Below are positions 26,205 to 37,133 of a stretch of 64,000 bases of DNA, in pieces; position 1 is the first letter of the stretch; each line of letters starts with the position of its first letter. The notes beneath the pieces are model-generated. The model had not been told where the DNA came from. It worked only from the letters and a program-made list of their open reading frames with translations, and made no database searches. The DNA lies in contig DATIJS010000057.1 of NCBI GenBank assembly GCA_035478335.1, positions 8,143-72,142 on the forward strand, in the 5' to 3' direction. The position numbers and the translations under genes were made by a program. Source of the stretch: Candidatus Saccharimonadales bacterium. Lineage in GTDB: Bacteria > Patescibacteriota > Microgenomatia > Levybacterales > UBA12049.

Positions 26205-26603
26205 ATGAATGACATGAAAGATAAGCCAGAGGAATATTGGAAAGAGAAATTGACGCCTGAGCAGTATCATGTGCTTCGGGAGAAGGGGACGGAGGCACCA
26301 TTTAAGGGTAAATATGTAGATAATCATGAATCAGGGATGTATGAATGCGCAGCTTGTGGGCATGAACTTTTTTCCAGTGATACAAAGTTTGAGTCCGGTT
26401 CAGGTTGGCCGAGTTTTGATCAGCCTGTTAATAAAGAAAATGTCATATTAAATATGGATAATAGCTATGGAATGAGTAGGACTGAGGTTGTTTGTAAAAA
26501 TTGCGGTAGTCATCTGGGGCATGTTTTTGATGACGGTCCTAAGGAAACAACAGGACAAAGGTATTGTATAAATTCCTGTTCACTCAACTTCAAAAAAAAG
26601 TAA
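26205..26603 (+). CDS. msrB: Peptide-methionine (R)-S-oxide reductase
   Basis: [36 protein letters not shown]. Confidence 0.98.
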   Translation: MNDMKDKPEEYWKEKLTPEQYHVLREKGTEAPFKGKYVDNHESGMYECAACGHELFSSDTKFESGSGWPSFDQPVNKENVILNMDNSYGMSRTEVVCKNCGSHLGHVFDDGPKETTGQRYCINSCSLNFKKK

Positions 26604-26648
26604 GTTTCTTAATTCATAATTCTTGTTTGATCGTGCTACAATAAATTT

Positions 26649-27035
26649 ATGGATATAAATCCTATCTGCCCAAATTGTTCACTTCAGGTATTGCCGGCGT
26701 TTTATTTTTGTCCAAATTGTGGGAAGAATTTACGTCCCAAGCCATTATCAATCAGTGTTGGTAAGCAAATAGGAATTTATCTAGTGAGCGTTCTATTGCC
26801 GCCGCTTGGATTGTGGCCGGCTGTAAAATACCTAAGGCAAGACGATCAAAAAGCAAAAAATGTTGGAATTGTTGCTATCGTGTTGACGATTGCTGCGACA
26901 GTTGTGACGATTTATATCGCAATTGGTTTGGGTAATCAAATGAAAGCTATATTAAATGCTCAGTTAGGAGGAAGCAGCATTGAGCTGAACAATCCCTTGC
27001 AGCAGGCGCCTGATGCAAATTCGCTATCTCAGTAG
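26649..27035 (+). CDS. Zinc-ribbon membrane protein
   Basis: CPNC..FCPNCG followed by two TM segments. Confidence 0.8.
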   Translation: MDINPICPNCSLQVLPAFYFCPNCGKNLRPKPLSISVGKQIGIYLVSVLLPPLGLWPAVKYLRQDDQKAKNVGIVAIVLTIAATVVTIYIAIGLGNQMKAILNAQLGGSSIELNNPLQQAPDANSLSQ

Positions 27036-29048
27036 AACTCCTTTTAGTCCACCCCATTCAACAACTGTAAATCCGTCTCTGACAACTTTTGAAAGAGTTT
27101 GAGGTTGGATTGGAGACGGCTTATATGTATATGTTGAATAATCCATAAAAATTCTGTAGACATTTTTGGGCTGGGGAATTATCTGCATTGGTGCGATTGA
27201 GTTCATGTCCTGAGTTTGTAGAAAGCTAATTCGGTAATAATTCGCATTTTTACTTTGCAGCTCAGGCAGCCAATATTCCAGAAAATCATTTTTCTCTTTT
27301 TTTGTAAATTTAACCTCATCAAGTTTTTGGTTTAAAAATCCTGAAAGGTTTCTACTTTCCACAATCCAGCCTTTGTCCACCTGTGGATATTGTTTTTCCG
27401 TACTTTGTCCCGCCCAATATAAATAAGGATATGAATTATTCAAACACGCATTTTTGGCATACTCAGATCCACTTTTAGAGTCATCAATCAGATTGCAGTT
27501 AGTAAATTGAGGTTGTAAATCAGTAAGAGTGCCGTTGGGCTGAGCCAGAACATTCCAGCCGTTTTGATATTGAGGAATTGATACATCAAACCTTATTGGT
27601 GTTGTGAATTTGACACTTACTTTGGTTGGTTTTGCAGGATATAGATAAACAACAGGTTTACCGCATCCGCCCGGAAGATTTATGTCATATTCACCTAAAG
27701 CAACCCATCTTCCCCAATAGTCTTTAAAGAAAATAAGAGGATTCTTGCTTACGTAGTTGTCAAAAGTTGGTTTAGTTCCTTTATTCACCTGTGCGTACAG
27801 GTCCGCATTGCCCGGATCATTGTAAATTCCCAATTTTTTATCATATTCTGCTTTTATTAGCTGATGATTTTTGTCGGAAAGTATAAAAATATCACCATAA
27901 GACGATGTACCAATTTTTTGCAGGTCATGTTCCGACAGGTTATTAATCACGAGAGTATTTACATCAAATGCGCATCCTCCGGGTAGTGCGACATCATATT
28001 TGTCATAAAGCGTTGAGTTTGTTTGAATATCAGATTTTGTAAGTCGAAGATTTGGTCTACTTGGGTAAGTGGGATAATCGGCTTTACTTGATTTAGACAT
28101 AGAAGCAATTGCTTTATTAAACTCAAGCATTTTTTGGGGATATTCAGAAGCATGTTTGGGATTTGTTAAGTCATAAGAGTATGCCAAACCAGTTGAGTCA
28201 ACTGCTATAACTCCGGTTGTTCCATCGATAAATTGGTCTTCAGGATTTGGTGTTGGTGTTATCTTCGGATCGTGATATTGCTCAGGTTTTTTACCGGTAT
28301 AAAAAGTTAATTTGGAATCTTGTGACTTAATAGGAATGTAAGATGAAAAATCTGTATTAAGAATAAATTTGGATTCCGGATTGCCATTCTGATCTTTATT
28401 TCCTGTCTCAAAAAGTTTGGTAAGAAGTATATTTCTATTTAACGCAAAGCGAGAATCTAATTGAATATTTTGAGGATGAGAAGTGTCCAGAGGGGCAATT
28501 TTAGTGATTTTGTTTTTATTTATTTCATACAACGGATCATAGTCTTTTGTTGTTCTTGTTTTTATGTCGATCGGATCAGCGTCCAAAATGTACTTTTTAT
28601 TATCGTTGGATGCGAAAATATATGTAGGCTCAAAACCCTGAGATGGGTTTCCTGAAATAGCAAGATATCTCTTGTAGCCTTTAAATTGCCCGTTTACGTA
28701 TGTTCCAGCCTCATAATATGTACTTGGAGTGGAGGTGTTTGGGTCACTTCGAGTAATAAGTTCCAAATCTTGTGACAACTCCTTAATTTTTCCGGATAGT
28801 TCGACTCTTTCCTCCACTTTCTGTGAGGGGGTTGTGGTTATACTGGGGGAGGTAATTTTTTGAGCCTGAGGAACAGTGGGAATTTTTTTGAGAGTAAGAT
28901 AAAAGTAAATTCCTGCACCCAACAAAACAATAATTATGACAAGCAATATTGGCACAAGTTTGTTAGACGATTTTTGCGGTAGAGGTGGATTAGTTGAGGC
29001 CTCGGATTGCATATGCGGGTTTGGTGGTTGTTGTGGATTTTCTTCCAT
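27024..29048 (-). CDS. Membrane-anchored extracellular protein with C-terminal KPVxYLYP...VVEWGG domain
   Basis: N-terminal TM helix; GGCGKPVVYLYP, YPYLYW, DFLEYWLP, FTVVEWGG. Confidence 0.8.
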   Translation of the reverse strand: MEENPQQPPNPHMQSEASTNPPLPQKSSNKLVPILLVIIIVLLGAGIYFYLTLKKIPTVPQAQKITSPSITTTPSQKVEERVELSGKIKELSQDLELITRSDPNTSTPSTYYEAGTYVNGQFKGYKRYLAISGNPSQGFEPTYIFASNDNKKYILDADPIDIKTRTTKDYDPLYEINKNKITKIAPLDTSHPQNIQLDSRFALNRNILLTKLFETGNKDQNGNPESKFILNTDFSSYIPIKSQDSKLTFYTGKKPEQYHDPKITPTPNPEDQFIDGTTGVIAVDSTGLAYSYDLTNPKHASEYPQKMLEFNKAIASMSKSSKADYPTYPSRPNLRLTKSDIQTNSTLYDKYDVALPGGCAFDVNTLVINNLSEHDLQKIGTSSYGDIFILSDKNHQLIKAEYDKKLGIYNDPGNADLYAQVNKGTKPTFDNYVSKNPLIFFKDYWGRWVALGEYDINLPGGCGKPVVYLYPAKPTKVSVKFTTPIRFDVSIPQYQNGWNVLAQPNGTLTDLQPQFTNCNLIDDSKSGSEYAKNACLNNSYPYLYWAGQSTEKQYPQVDKGWIVESRNLSGFLNQKLDEVKFTKKEKNDFLEYWLPELQSKNANYYRISFLQTQDMNSIAPMQIIPQPKNVYRIFMDYSTYTYKPSPIQPQTLSKVVRDGFTVVEWGGLKGVLLR

Positions 29049-29105
29049 AAATTAAGCATAAGGTCTGAGGATGGCAAAGTCAATTATAAAAATAGATTTT
29101 AGTAC

Positions 29106-29210
29106 TTATTTATTATTGACCGGCGCGTAGGCTTTTCGGGTGCGCTTTATCTTACCAGCAAATACGGGCAAAAGTATTGTGATTCCGATTAATATTCCGA
29201 GTTCTAGCAT
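29106..29210 (-). CDS. Small hydrophobic peptide, 34 aa (not in ORF track)
   Basis: MLELGILIGITILLPVFAGKIKRTRKAYAPVNNK preceded by AAAGGAGGTATTT. Confidence 0.6.
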   Translation of the reverse strand: MLELGILIGITILLPVFAGKIKRTRKAYAPVNNK

Positions 29211-29324
29211 AAATACCTCCTTTCTGTATGTAGTTGTGATTATTAAATGATAAGTTCTAGTCTAAAATTATAAGCCTATCTATAACATAGCACTGAATAA
29301 AAAGAATGTCAATTTTTTGAACAG

Positions 29325-30551
29325 CTATTTTTTGGAGAATTTGTCTTTCATCATATCCCACAAATCGGGATATGTTGTGTCATAGCCTAGGACCCAGATC
29401 GCAATTCCTCCCAAATCCTGCTTATTCACAAAATCGTATTTGATCCCGATTGACTTAGTGTTTTCAAACCAGACCTGGTGATCAGCTTTTGTCTTTGAAT
29501 CAGTATACCAGCACCATGGCTCCATGGCATAACTGTCAAAGAAGCATTGGTTTTTCTTAAAATTCTTAAATTCTTTTGCCCGGGCATATGATATGACAGC
29601 TGCATATCCTTCAGGACTATTTTGGGAAAATGTCGGACTCTGAATAGTCTTTCCATCTTCAACTGCCCAATCCCAACCATAGTGGGGAACTCCCATCAGT
29701 ATTTTTTCTTTGGGAAGTAGCTTTTCAAGCCCTTCATACATTGAAGTTACATCAAAGAAATATTTGTTTTCTTTAAAACCTGTCATAGGTGCAATAGGTC
29801 CTGCTATCTCTGATGCAGAATTGTAGTAATCATAAGACATGCCTATGAAGTTATCATAGACAGGAGTCAGAGCACGAAAATCAATAATATCAGATTTGCG
29901 TGTTGCTTGGGGCTGGACGCTTATTTCGAGTTTTATTTCCGAATTTTGATCTTTAAGTGCGGACTTCAATTTTTTGCTAAATTCAGTAAATTCCTGTCGG
30001 TATTTGTCATCAGGTGTTCCCAGATATTCAAAATCAACGTTTATTCCATCCAGATTGCGTGATTTTACCTCGTTAATTATATTTATAATAAGTTTTCGTT
30101 GTGCTTCTTGCTTGTCCAGAATCGATTCAATATCATTATTGTCCTGGCAGATAATGGATAGAGTAAATTTTGCTCCGTTGATATGCGTTTTGGTAATAAG
30201 GTCTTTAATTGTCTGGCTTTCCCATTCGCGTTTTCCGGGATTTGTTTCTCCATTTATAACTTTTACAAATTCTCCCTCTTTATTTACAAAAAGACCAAAA
30301 TAATTGACCTCTGTAATCAGATCAAGACGTGTGTATTTGCTATCATCTATTCGCCAATAGGGGAGAAAGCCGATAGACTCTTTCTGCATTTTCACATGCG
30401 GGTGAAGCAGATGTTCCCAATAATACATAGCTGATGTATTGGCAGAGGTTAGTGGATACGTCCTGGTAAGGTAAACTGAAGACCCACCGATTGCGCTGAG
30501 CGCAAGAATAATTATCAGCAATATTAAGTGAGCTACATATTTTTTTACCAC
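29325..30551 (-). CDS. Glycoside hydrolase family 18 protein
   Basis: DGINVDFEY catalytic motif, MSYDY, GVPHYG, LGGIAIW.LGYD; N-terminal signal/anchor. Confidence 0.92.
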   Translation of the reverse strand: MVKKYVAHLILLIIILALSAIGGSSVYLTRTYPLTSANTSAMYYWEHLLHPHVKMQKESIGFLPYWRIDDSKYTRLDLITEVNYFGLFVNKEGEFVKVINGETNPGKREWESQTIKDLITKTHINGAKFTLSIICQDNNDIESILDKQEAQRKLIINIINEVKSRNLDGINVDFEYLGTPDDKYRQEFTEFSKKLKSALKDQNSEIKLEISVQPQATRKSDIIDFRALTPVYDNFIGMSYDYYNSASEIAGPIAPMTGFKENKYFFDVTSMYEGLEKLLPKEKILMGVPHYGWDWAVEDGKTIQSPTFSQNSPEGYAAVISYARAKEFKNFKKNQCFFDSYAMEPWCWYTDSKTKADHQVWFENTKSIGIKYDFVNKQDLGGIAIWVLGYDTTYPDLWDMMKDKFSKK

Positions 30552-30649
30552 AATCTATTATAAGTTTTTGAGGCTCATTTTACAAATCAGTAAACTGCGC
30601 TAGTTTGCTATATTGTAATTTGATTATTGTCTAACTATACTTAATTTCT

Positions 30650-30967
30650 ATGAATAAGAAAGCGGTTATCAAAGAGCCGGTAACAGAAGATAAGCTTAGA
30701 GAGGTGTTAAAAGATTATCCAACTAAGAAGGATGTCGAAAATATTGTGTATATAAAATTTGATACGTTTGAGGTGAAGATTGATGATAAGCTGACTCAAT
30801 TTAGAAGCGATATGTTTACCAGGTTTGATGAATTGATGGGGGAGTTGGCTCAGCAGCGTGAAGACAGAATTTTTACAGATCATGATATAAAAGTTTTGAA
30901 AGAAAAATCAGACGAGCATGAGAAGAGAATTAAAAAATTGGAGACAAATCCTACGACCACTCAATAA
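30650..30967 (+). CDS. Hypothetical coiled-coil protein
   Basis: YPTKKD and HEKRIKKLE motifs; TATACT upstream. Confidence 0.7.
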   Translation: MNKKAVIKEPVTEDKLREVLKDYPTKKDVENIVYIKFDTFEVKIDDKLTQFRSDMFTRFDELMGELAQQREDRIFTDHDIKVLKEKSDEHEKRIKKLETNPTTTQ

Positions 30968-31023
30968 AACCTCAATTATTATTCCTCTTGCGTATAAGCG
31001 ATAAATTGCTGTAATCTGAGTAT

Positions 31024-31998
31024 ATGCCCAGGATATATGATGTTATTACAATTGGTGAAGCAACGATTGACGCTTTCATGACTCTTCATGATTCCTCAGA
31101 TAAAGTACAGTTTGATCAGAAATCTGGGAAGTTGGAGTTCAAGCATGGAGAAAAGATAAATGTGGAAAAATATGATTTTCTTTTGGGGGGGAATGCTGCC
31201 AATGTTGCTGTTGGCTTGACCCGTCTGGGGCTTAATGCAACTCTTGCTTGTGAAATTGGGGATGATGAGTTTTCTATCAAGATCCGCAACCATCTCGCTC
31301 AGGAAAAAGTTGAACGGGTCCTGGTTACACAAAGTAAAGGCAGGCAATCAAACTTCTCAGTAATTATAAATTTCAAAGGAGACCGGACAATTTTCAATGA
31401 AGACCTAAAGCGAGAGCATAAATTTGATTATGCAGATGTTGCTGCAAAATATATCTATCTGACAAGTATGGGTGAGGACTGGGTGAGGTCATATGAAGAT
31501 GCAGTGGAATTTGTCAAGAAGCATGGAGGAAAAATAGCTTTTAATCCCGGCACGCATCAGCTTCATAATCACACTACACTTATCCATCAAGTTATGAAAG
31601 ATACAGAAATTATTTTTGTAAATAAAGAAGAGGCTGAGTTAATTTTATTTAACCATTACTCAAAAAGGGTTGATGATAGTGATCACTATATTAAAAATTT
31701 ATGTCAGGAATTGCAGGATTTGGGACCAAAAATTGTTGTCGTGACCAATGGTAAGGAAGGCTCCCACGTTTTGGATGCGGAGGGTAATTTTCAAAATCAG
31801 GATCTGTATCCTGGAAAATGTATTGAGAGAACAGGGGCAGGGGATAGCTTCGCAACAGGTTTTTTGGGAGCAGTATTGTATGGAATGGATTTGGCAACGG
31901 CTATGAAGTGGGGAGCAGTCAACTCAGCATCCGTTGTCGGTGTAGTTGGGGCGGAACCTGGGCTTTTAATGAAGGAGGAGATTGAGAAGAGAGTCTAA
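31024..31998 (+). CDS. PfkB family carbohydrate kinase
   Basis: GGNAANVAVG, VNKEEA, VTNGKEG, ERTGAGDSF. Confidence 0.93.
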   Translation: MPRIYDVITIGEATIDAFMTLHDSSDKVQFDQKSGKLEFKHGEKINVEKYDFLLGGNAANVAVGLTRLGLNATLACEIGDDEFSIKIRNHLAQEKVERVLVTQSKGRQSNFSVIINFKGDRTIFNEDLKREHKFDYADVAAKYIYLTSMGEDWVRSYEDAVEFVKKHGGKIAFNPGTHQLHNHTTLIHQVMKDTEIIFVNKEEAELILFNHYSKRVDDSDHYIKNLCQELQDLGPKIVVVTNGKEGSHVLDAEGNFQNQDLYPGKCIERTGAGDSFATGFLGAVLYGMDLATAMKWGAVNSASVVGVVGAEPGLLMKEEIEKRV

Positions 31999-32029
31999 AA
32001 TTGACCTAATTAGATCGATTAGAAATTAA

Positions 32030-33076
32030 TTAGAGGTCCTGGGATTTTGTTGCTTCAGTATTGTTTTTAAGCTGTGCCTCGTCCAGTTCTCCGATAGACG
32101 CTGCAGATACGAGTTTTAGTTGATTAAGAAAAAGATCCTGAATCTCTTTTGTTGCAGATCTGTCTTTTGCCCACAATTTAAGAACAGGGTCCTGAAGCGC
32201 ACGGGAATATGAAAATGTCACTCCCCAGGGATGTGGTCCTTTTTGCGCAATTCTATTCAGATTTATAAAAGCGTCGTTGCTTGTTTGGCCGCCACTTAGA
32301 AATACAACTCCACCTAAATCAGATGGAGCATGTTCATGAAGCACTTTTACTGTGCGAGTTGCAACATCTGAATGGTCAATTGCGACCCCGCTTTCTTTCC
32401 CGGGAAGCACCATGCTTGTTTTGAGGATTGCGCCGCTCAAATTTACACGCAAATCTTTCATGGCCGCAAATAATTCGTCGTACGTTCTGGTCATAACGTC
32501 CTCTGTCTGTTGAATGCTGTGGGTACCATCAAAAAGTACTTCCGGCTCAACAATCGGTACGATTCCGGCATCTTGGCAGATCCTAGCATAGCGCGAAAGG
32601 ACAAAAGCATTGGCTTTGATGCACTCCATTGTCGGGATATTGTCACCAATTGTGATGACAGATCGCCATTTGGCAAATTTTGCACCACTTTCTGCGTATT
32701 TGGCCATGATTTCAGGCAGTCCGTCAAGTCCCTGAGTCAATTTTTCACCGGGAAAGCCTGGTAGATCGACAAGTCCTTTATCTACTTTTATACCAGGAAT
32801 CATGGAGTTTGCCTTTAGATACTCAGGGAATGTTACTCCGTCATCTGTTTTTTGCCAGAAAGTCTCATCATAAAAAATCACACCACTCATAAATTCAGAA
32901 GCACCAGGTGTGGTAAGAAGCAGATTTCGATATTCCCGTCTTGTCTCCTCTGAGCATTCAACTCCGACACTATCAAAGCGTTTCTTACAAGTTGGAGCGC
33001 TCTCATCAGCCGCAAGTATTCCCTTGCCTTTTGTAACAAGACTCTTTGCAATTTGACCTAGATCACTATTATTCAT
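32030..33076 (-). CDS. Fructose-bisphosphate aldolase class I
   Basis: GKGILAADES, GIKVDKG, FAKWRSV, PIVEPEV, FLSGGQ, FSYSRALQ. Confidence 0.96.
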   Translation of the reverse strand: MNNSDLGQIAKSLVTKGKGILAADESAPTCKKRFDSVGVECSEETRREYRNLLLTTPGASEFMSGVIFYDETFWQKTDDGVTFPEYLKANSMIPGIKVDKGLVDLPGFPGEKLTQGLDGLPEIMAKYAESGAKFAKWRSVITIGDNIPTMECIKANAFVLSRYARICQDAGIVPIVEPEVLFDGTHSIQQTEDVMTRTYDELFAAMKDLRVNLSGAILKTSMVLPGKESGVAIDHSDVATRTVKVLHEHAPSDLGGVVFLSGGQTSNDAFINLNRIAQKGPHPWGVTFSYSRALQDPVLKLWAKDRSATKEIQDLFLNQLKLVSAASIGELDEAQLKNNTEATKSQDL

Positions 33077-33145
33077 AACTCATTTAATACTACTCATTAT
33101 AAAAATAAAAAGCAATACAAAAAATAAATTTAGTATAATGTTTTT

Positions 33146-33613
33146 GTGAGAAGAACTATAAAAGGGGAGAAGCAGTTTACTGCATCGGTTTGGCTGATAA
33201 CGAGGACCAAACCCAAAAAAGTTCTCCTAATTCATCATAAGAAGTTTGGTAAGTGGGTTCAGCCGGGCGGGCATATAGAGCAATTTGAAAATCCTATTGA
33301 ATGTGCGATACGTGAGATAAAAGAGGAGACAGGATTGGATATAAGTTTTATTACTGATTCAATCAAAACAACAAGCGAACGGGATTCGTTTTTGCCTATT
33401 CCTGAATTCTTGATGGAGTATCCGATTGCCGAACATGAAGACGAACCAGCGCATTTTCATATCGATATAAATTATGTTGTAAAAGTTAAGGAGCAAATGC
33501 TAAAAGTAAGTAAAAGGGAAGCGCACGACATCGGTTGGTTTAGAAAGTCTGAGGCCCTCAAACTCCCAATCCACGAAAATACGAAAATAATCCTCCAAAA
33601 ACTCTTGTATTAA
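33146..33613 (+). CDS. NUDIX hydrolase
   Basis: Nudix box GGHIEQFENPIECAIREIKEETGL. Confidence 0.92.
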   Translation: MRRTIKGEKQFTASVWLITRTKPKKVLLIHHKKFGKWVQPGGHIEQFENPIECAIREIKEETGLDISFITDSIKTTSERDSFLPIPEFLMEYPIAEHEDEPAHFHIDINYVVKVKEQMLKVSKREAHDIGWFRKSEALKLPIHENTKIILQKLLY

Positions 33614-33677
33614 TTTTATAACTTTTTAGCATCCCATAGTTGATAAATTTATATAAATTTGGTACCATTGGTGGACT

Positions 33678-34487
33678 ATGCCAAGAAACAAAGACCTACC
33701 ACCAAATTCAAATGAATCAATAGCAGGAATTGAGCACCAGAGACAAGTATTGATCCCACCTGGTTTACCGATACAACGTGTAGTGTTTGAATCTCAATCA
33801 CAACGAAGAACAGAGCCGGCTAAGCAAAGATATCAAGCCATGATAGAGGCACATTTGATGGAGCATCCGGAGTTACCACTTGACAATGGAAAGGTGCAAA
33901 AAGCTTTAAGTATCAGTGCAACTACTCTAGCGAAGATAAAGCGAGCATCTAGGAATGAGGGATTTGAAATACCTATGACCACAAGAGAATACGCTGAATG
34001 GTTAAGAAGAAGAGCAGGTATTCCTAAGAGGCCAAGCTCCAAGGCGCTTGAGGCAGGCAAAGCACAGAGAAGAGCAAAAAAAGAAGCAGCAAATGCTGAA
34101 CGTGAAAAATTAAAAAGCATTGTGAAAGATTTACATGTGGAAGGAATAACGCAGCCTGTAATTTTTGAGATTATTTCAAAAATGCCTCTCACGATAAGTG
34201 TAAGCGAGGGATTAATTAGAAAAATAATAGGTGAGTTATTGCATGATGAAGAAATAGAAAAACATATAAAGGACCCAAAATCACCTCATGAGATTGCTGT
34301 ATTTGATGCCCGAGTCAGAGTTTTTTATAGATTTGGTTTATCTTATGAGGAAATTGCGGATTTAGTTGGGGAGAAAAATCTTTCGAACATTAATAATTCA
34401 CTTGTAAGGTCCGAGGGTAAAGGTTTGGTAACGAGAAGAAAACAAATAAGGCATGGAAGAAAAGGGAAAACTACCAACTCGTCCTGA
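33678..34487 (+). CDS. Hypothetical basic protein, possible multiple HTH motifs
   Basis: VQKALSISATTLAKI and GLSYEEIADLVG HTH-like segments. Confidence 0.6.
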   Translation: MPRNKDLPPNSNESIAGIEHQRQVLIPPGLPIQRVVFESQSQRRTEPAKQRYQAMIEAHLMEHPELPLDNGKVQKALSISATTLAKIKRASRNEGFEIPMTTREYAEWLRRRAGIPKRPSSKALEAGKAQRRAKKEAANAEREKLKSIVKDLHVEGITQPVIFEIISKMPLTISVSEGLIRKIIGELLHDEEIEKHIKDPKSPHEIAVFDARVRVFYRFGLSYEEIADLVGEKNLSNINNSLVRSEGKGLVTRRKQIRHGRKGKTTNSS

Positions 34488-36123
34488 TGTGGTTCATGGC
34501 GTAGTCCAGATCTCCATGGACTTTCTTGCGGGGATTGAAAATCCCATGCGGGTCAAAGATATTTTTCGTTTCTTCAAAAAGTTTGATAATTTCTTTCCCA
34601 TACATTTGCTCAAGATAAGGCGTGCGGATCAGGCCATCATTGTGCTCACCGGTTATGGAGCCGTGATATTTGGTAATTATGGCATAGACCTTTTCTGAGA
34701 TCTCAGGAATTGCTTTTCGTACTTTTGGATTGGTGATGTCAACAAGCGGGATGATATGGAAGTTGCCGCTTCCTATATGGCCGGCGACAGTAAAGATAAA
34801 TTCAGGATGCTGTTTGATAACATCGGTTATTTGCGGAAGTACTTCGGCAGTAAGGCCAGGGTGGATTACAAAATCATCAATAAAAGGTGCAGTATGTTTA
34901 TCCCTGATCTTATTTCTCAATAGATTAAAGCTCTCGCGTCTGACCAGCCAGTAGCGCTTCTCCTCATCTTCAATCGCGATTTTGGTTTGCGGATGAAGTG
35001 GTTTTAATTTCTCCCGAAGCGTTGCGATTTTTTGCTTGAGCTCTTCGGGATCATTGCCGGTGAAATCAATTTGCAGAATCAGTTTGGGAAGTCTTCCGAT
35101 GAACATTTGCATGAATGCCGGGGCAAAGGCAAGGCCTGACTGGATAAGACCGAAAAGTCCCAGTTGCTTGGCAAATTCCGGGAAAAAGCGAAGTGCGAGT
35201 TTGAGGGTGTTGTCATCATAACTTTCAAAACTTTCAGGCTGAAGCGGCAAAACAGCGTCAATTATCTGTCCGAGATGCGACATGTCATGAAGATATATTA
35301 TTTCCATTTCTCGGTGTTTGTGTACTGGAACCAGCTCCAAATCAGCTTCAATGAGCATCCCAAGTGTTCCTTGGGCGCCCACCCAAAGCTTATTCAAATC
35401 AAAAATACCTTTTTCCTTGTCCCAGACATTCCAGAGAAAGTAACCGGCCGAATTCTTACTGACATCCGGTTTGGCTTTTTTAATCACATCATAGTTTTTA
35501 GTTATAAGTTCATAGAGTTTCTTGTAGACTTCTCCCTCAAAGTCTTTTTGCTCCATTTTTTTATTGAGTTCTTTTTCATTAAGCGGCTTTATTTCATAAA
35601 CATTTCCATCTGAGAGAACGACTTTTGTGCGTTTGACAAAGTTTTCCGTTTTGCCATACATTAGCGATTTTTCACCTCCGGAATTATTGTTAACAATGCC
35701 GCCGATCGCGCAAAGTTCACGGGACGCAGGGTATGATGCAAAAATAAGATCCTGTTTGAGAGTTTCTTTCTCAAAGTCTCGGTAGAAAACGCCGGATTCT
35801 GCGGTTGCGATATTATTTTTTATGCTACCTATATGATTAAAATATTTCTGAAAAGCAACGATAATTGAATCATTGATTGATCCTCCTGCCATATCAGTTC
35901 CGGCAGATCTGCCGGTAAGTGTGAGCTGAGGGTAATCTTTTTTGTTCTTGGTTGTAAATTTGATAAGAGCTTGAACATCCTCTGCGTCTTTGGGGAATAC
36001 TACAACTTGCGGTTTGACTTCAAAAAGACTTGCATCATGACTGTATTTCATCAAAGTCTCATCGTCAGTCAAAACTTCACCTTTTATAGTTTTTTTTAGT
36101 TCTTCGAGCAGGGCAGGATTCAT
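34471..36123 (-). CDS. FAD-linked oxidoreductase (GlcD/D-lactate dehydrogenase family)
   Basis: P.VVVFPK, RSAGT..AG, AIGG..NNNSGG, GHIGSGNFH, GSITGEHNDG, FDPHGIFNP. Confidence 0.92.
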   Translation of the reverse strand: MNPALLEELKKTIKGEVLTDDETLMKYSHDASLFEVKPQVVVFPKDAEDVQALIKFTTKNKKDYPQLTLTGRSAGTDMAGGSINDSIIVAFQKYFNHIGSIKNNIATAESGVFYRDFEKETLKQDLIFASYPASRELCAIGGIVNNNSGGEKSLMYGKTENFVKRTKVVLSDGNVYEIKPLNEKELNKKMEQKDFEGEVYKKLYELITKNYDVIKKAKPDVSKNSAGYFLWNVWDKEKGIFDLNKLWVGAQGTLGMLIEADLELVPVHKHREMEIIYLHDMSHLGQIIDAVLPLQPESFESYDDNTLKLALRFFPEFAKQLGLFGLIQSGLAFAPAFMQMFIGRLPKLILQIDFTGNDPEELKQKIATLREKLKPLHPQTKIAIEDEEKRYWLVRRESFNLLRNKIRDKHTAPFIDDFVIHPGLTAEVLPQITDVIKQHPEFIFTVAGHIGSGNFHIIPLVDITNPKVRKAIPEISEKVYAIITKYHGSITGEHNDGLIRTPYLEQMYGKEIIKLFEETKNIFDPHGIFNPRKKVHGDLDYAMNHIRTSW

Positions 36124-36126
36124 AAA

Positions 36127-37119
36127 TTATTTTTTACGTTTAATTACTTTTTTGACAGCTTCTTTGATGTATTCTGTTCCCATTCCTAATTTCTCAACCA
36201 AGTCTTTGGGATTGCCTGTTTCACCAAATCTATCTTGCAATCCTATAAATTCTATAGGAAGGGGGTTGGTCTTTGCAAGTGCTTCGGCAATTGCTGAGCC
36301 CATACCGCCTGCTATCTGATGATCTTCGACTGTTACAACGGCACCTGTTTGGTTGGTAAATTTGAGTAATCCGTCAAGGTCCAGTGGTTTAATTGTTGCA
36401 ACATTTACGACGGTTGTGTGGACTCCTTCTTCCTCAAGTTCCTTTGCGGCAACAAGTGCATAATGAAGCATATAGCCGGTTGCAAATATTGTTGCCTGCG
36501 GGTTTTCAGATACCCAGAAATCCTGCATCTTACCCGGAATAAATGGTGTTTCAGTAGTAGTCATGAACGGAGTCTTGTCACGTGAATAACGAAGATATGT
36601 TGCAATTGAAGTTTTACCCGCTGCGATAGTTGCTTTTTCAGCTTCAATTGCGTCACATGGAACATAAATTTCGATATCAGGAAGACACCTCATAATTGCG
36701 ATATCTTCAGTTGCCTGATGAGTTGCGCCGTCAGGTCCTGTCATGATTCCTGAGTGATGTCCTGCGATTTTGACATTTGCCCCATTATAAACAATTGTTG
36801 TTCTGATTGTTTCCCAGTTCTTGCCGGGGGAGAATGTGGCATATGAGGAGATGAATGCGACTTTTCCGCTAACTCCCAAACCTGCTCCAACTGCTGCCAT
36901 ATTTTGTTCTGCAACTCCGACTTCAAAAAATCTATCGGGAAATTCTTTGGCAAAAAGATGGGCGTTGGTTGATTCGGTGAGATCCGCGCAAAGCGCGACA
37001 ATATTTGGATTCTCCTGACCTAGCTTGAGCAAACCTTTTCCATATCCGATCCGGGTTGCATCTTTCTCAACATCCTCATCAAATATTTTTGGATTAAGTT
37101 TTAAATTTGGATTTAACAT
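36127..37119 (-). CDS. Transketolase, C-terminal subunit
   Basis: ADL..S, GVAEQNM, GPDGATHQ, TVEDH..GGMGS. Confidence 0.95.
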   Translation of the reverse strand: MLNPNLKLNPKIFDEDVEKDATRIGYGKGLLKLGQENPNIVALCADLTESTNAHLFAKEFPDRFFEVGVAEQNMAAVGAGLGVSGKVAFISSYATFSPGKNWETIRTTIVYNGANVKIAGHHSGIMTGPDGATHQATEDIAIMRCLPDIEIYVPCDAIEAEKATIAAGKTSIATYLRYSRDKTPFMTTTETPFIPGKMQDFWVSENPQATIFATGYMLHYALVAAKELEEEGVHTTVVNVATIKPLDLDGLLKFTNQTGAVVTVEDHQIAGGMGSAIAEALAKTNPLPIEFIGLQDRFGETGNPKDLVEKLGMGTEYIKEAVKKVIKRKK

Positions 37120-37133
37120 AGTATTTTATTAAT

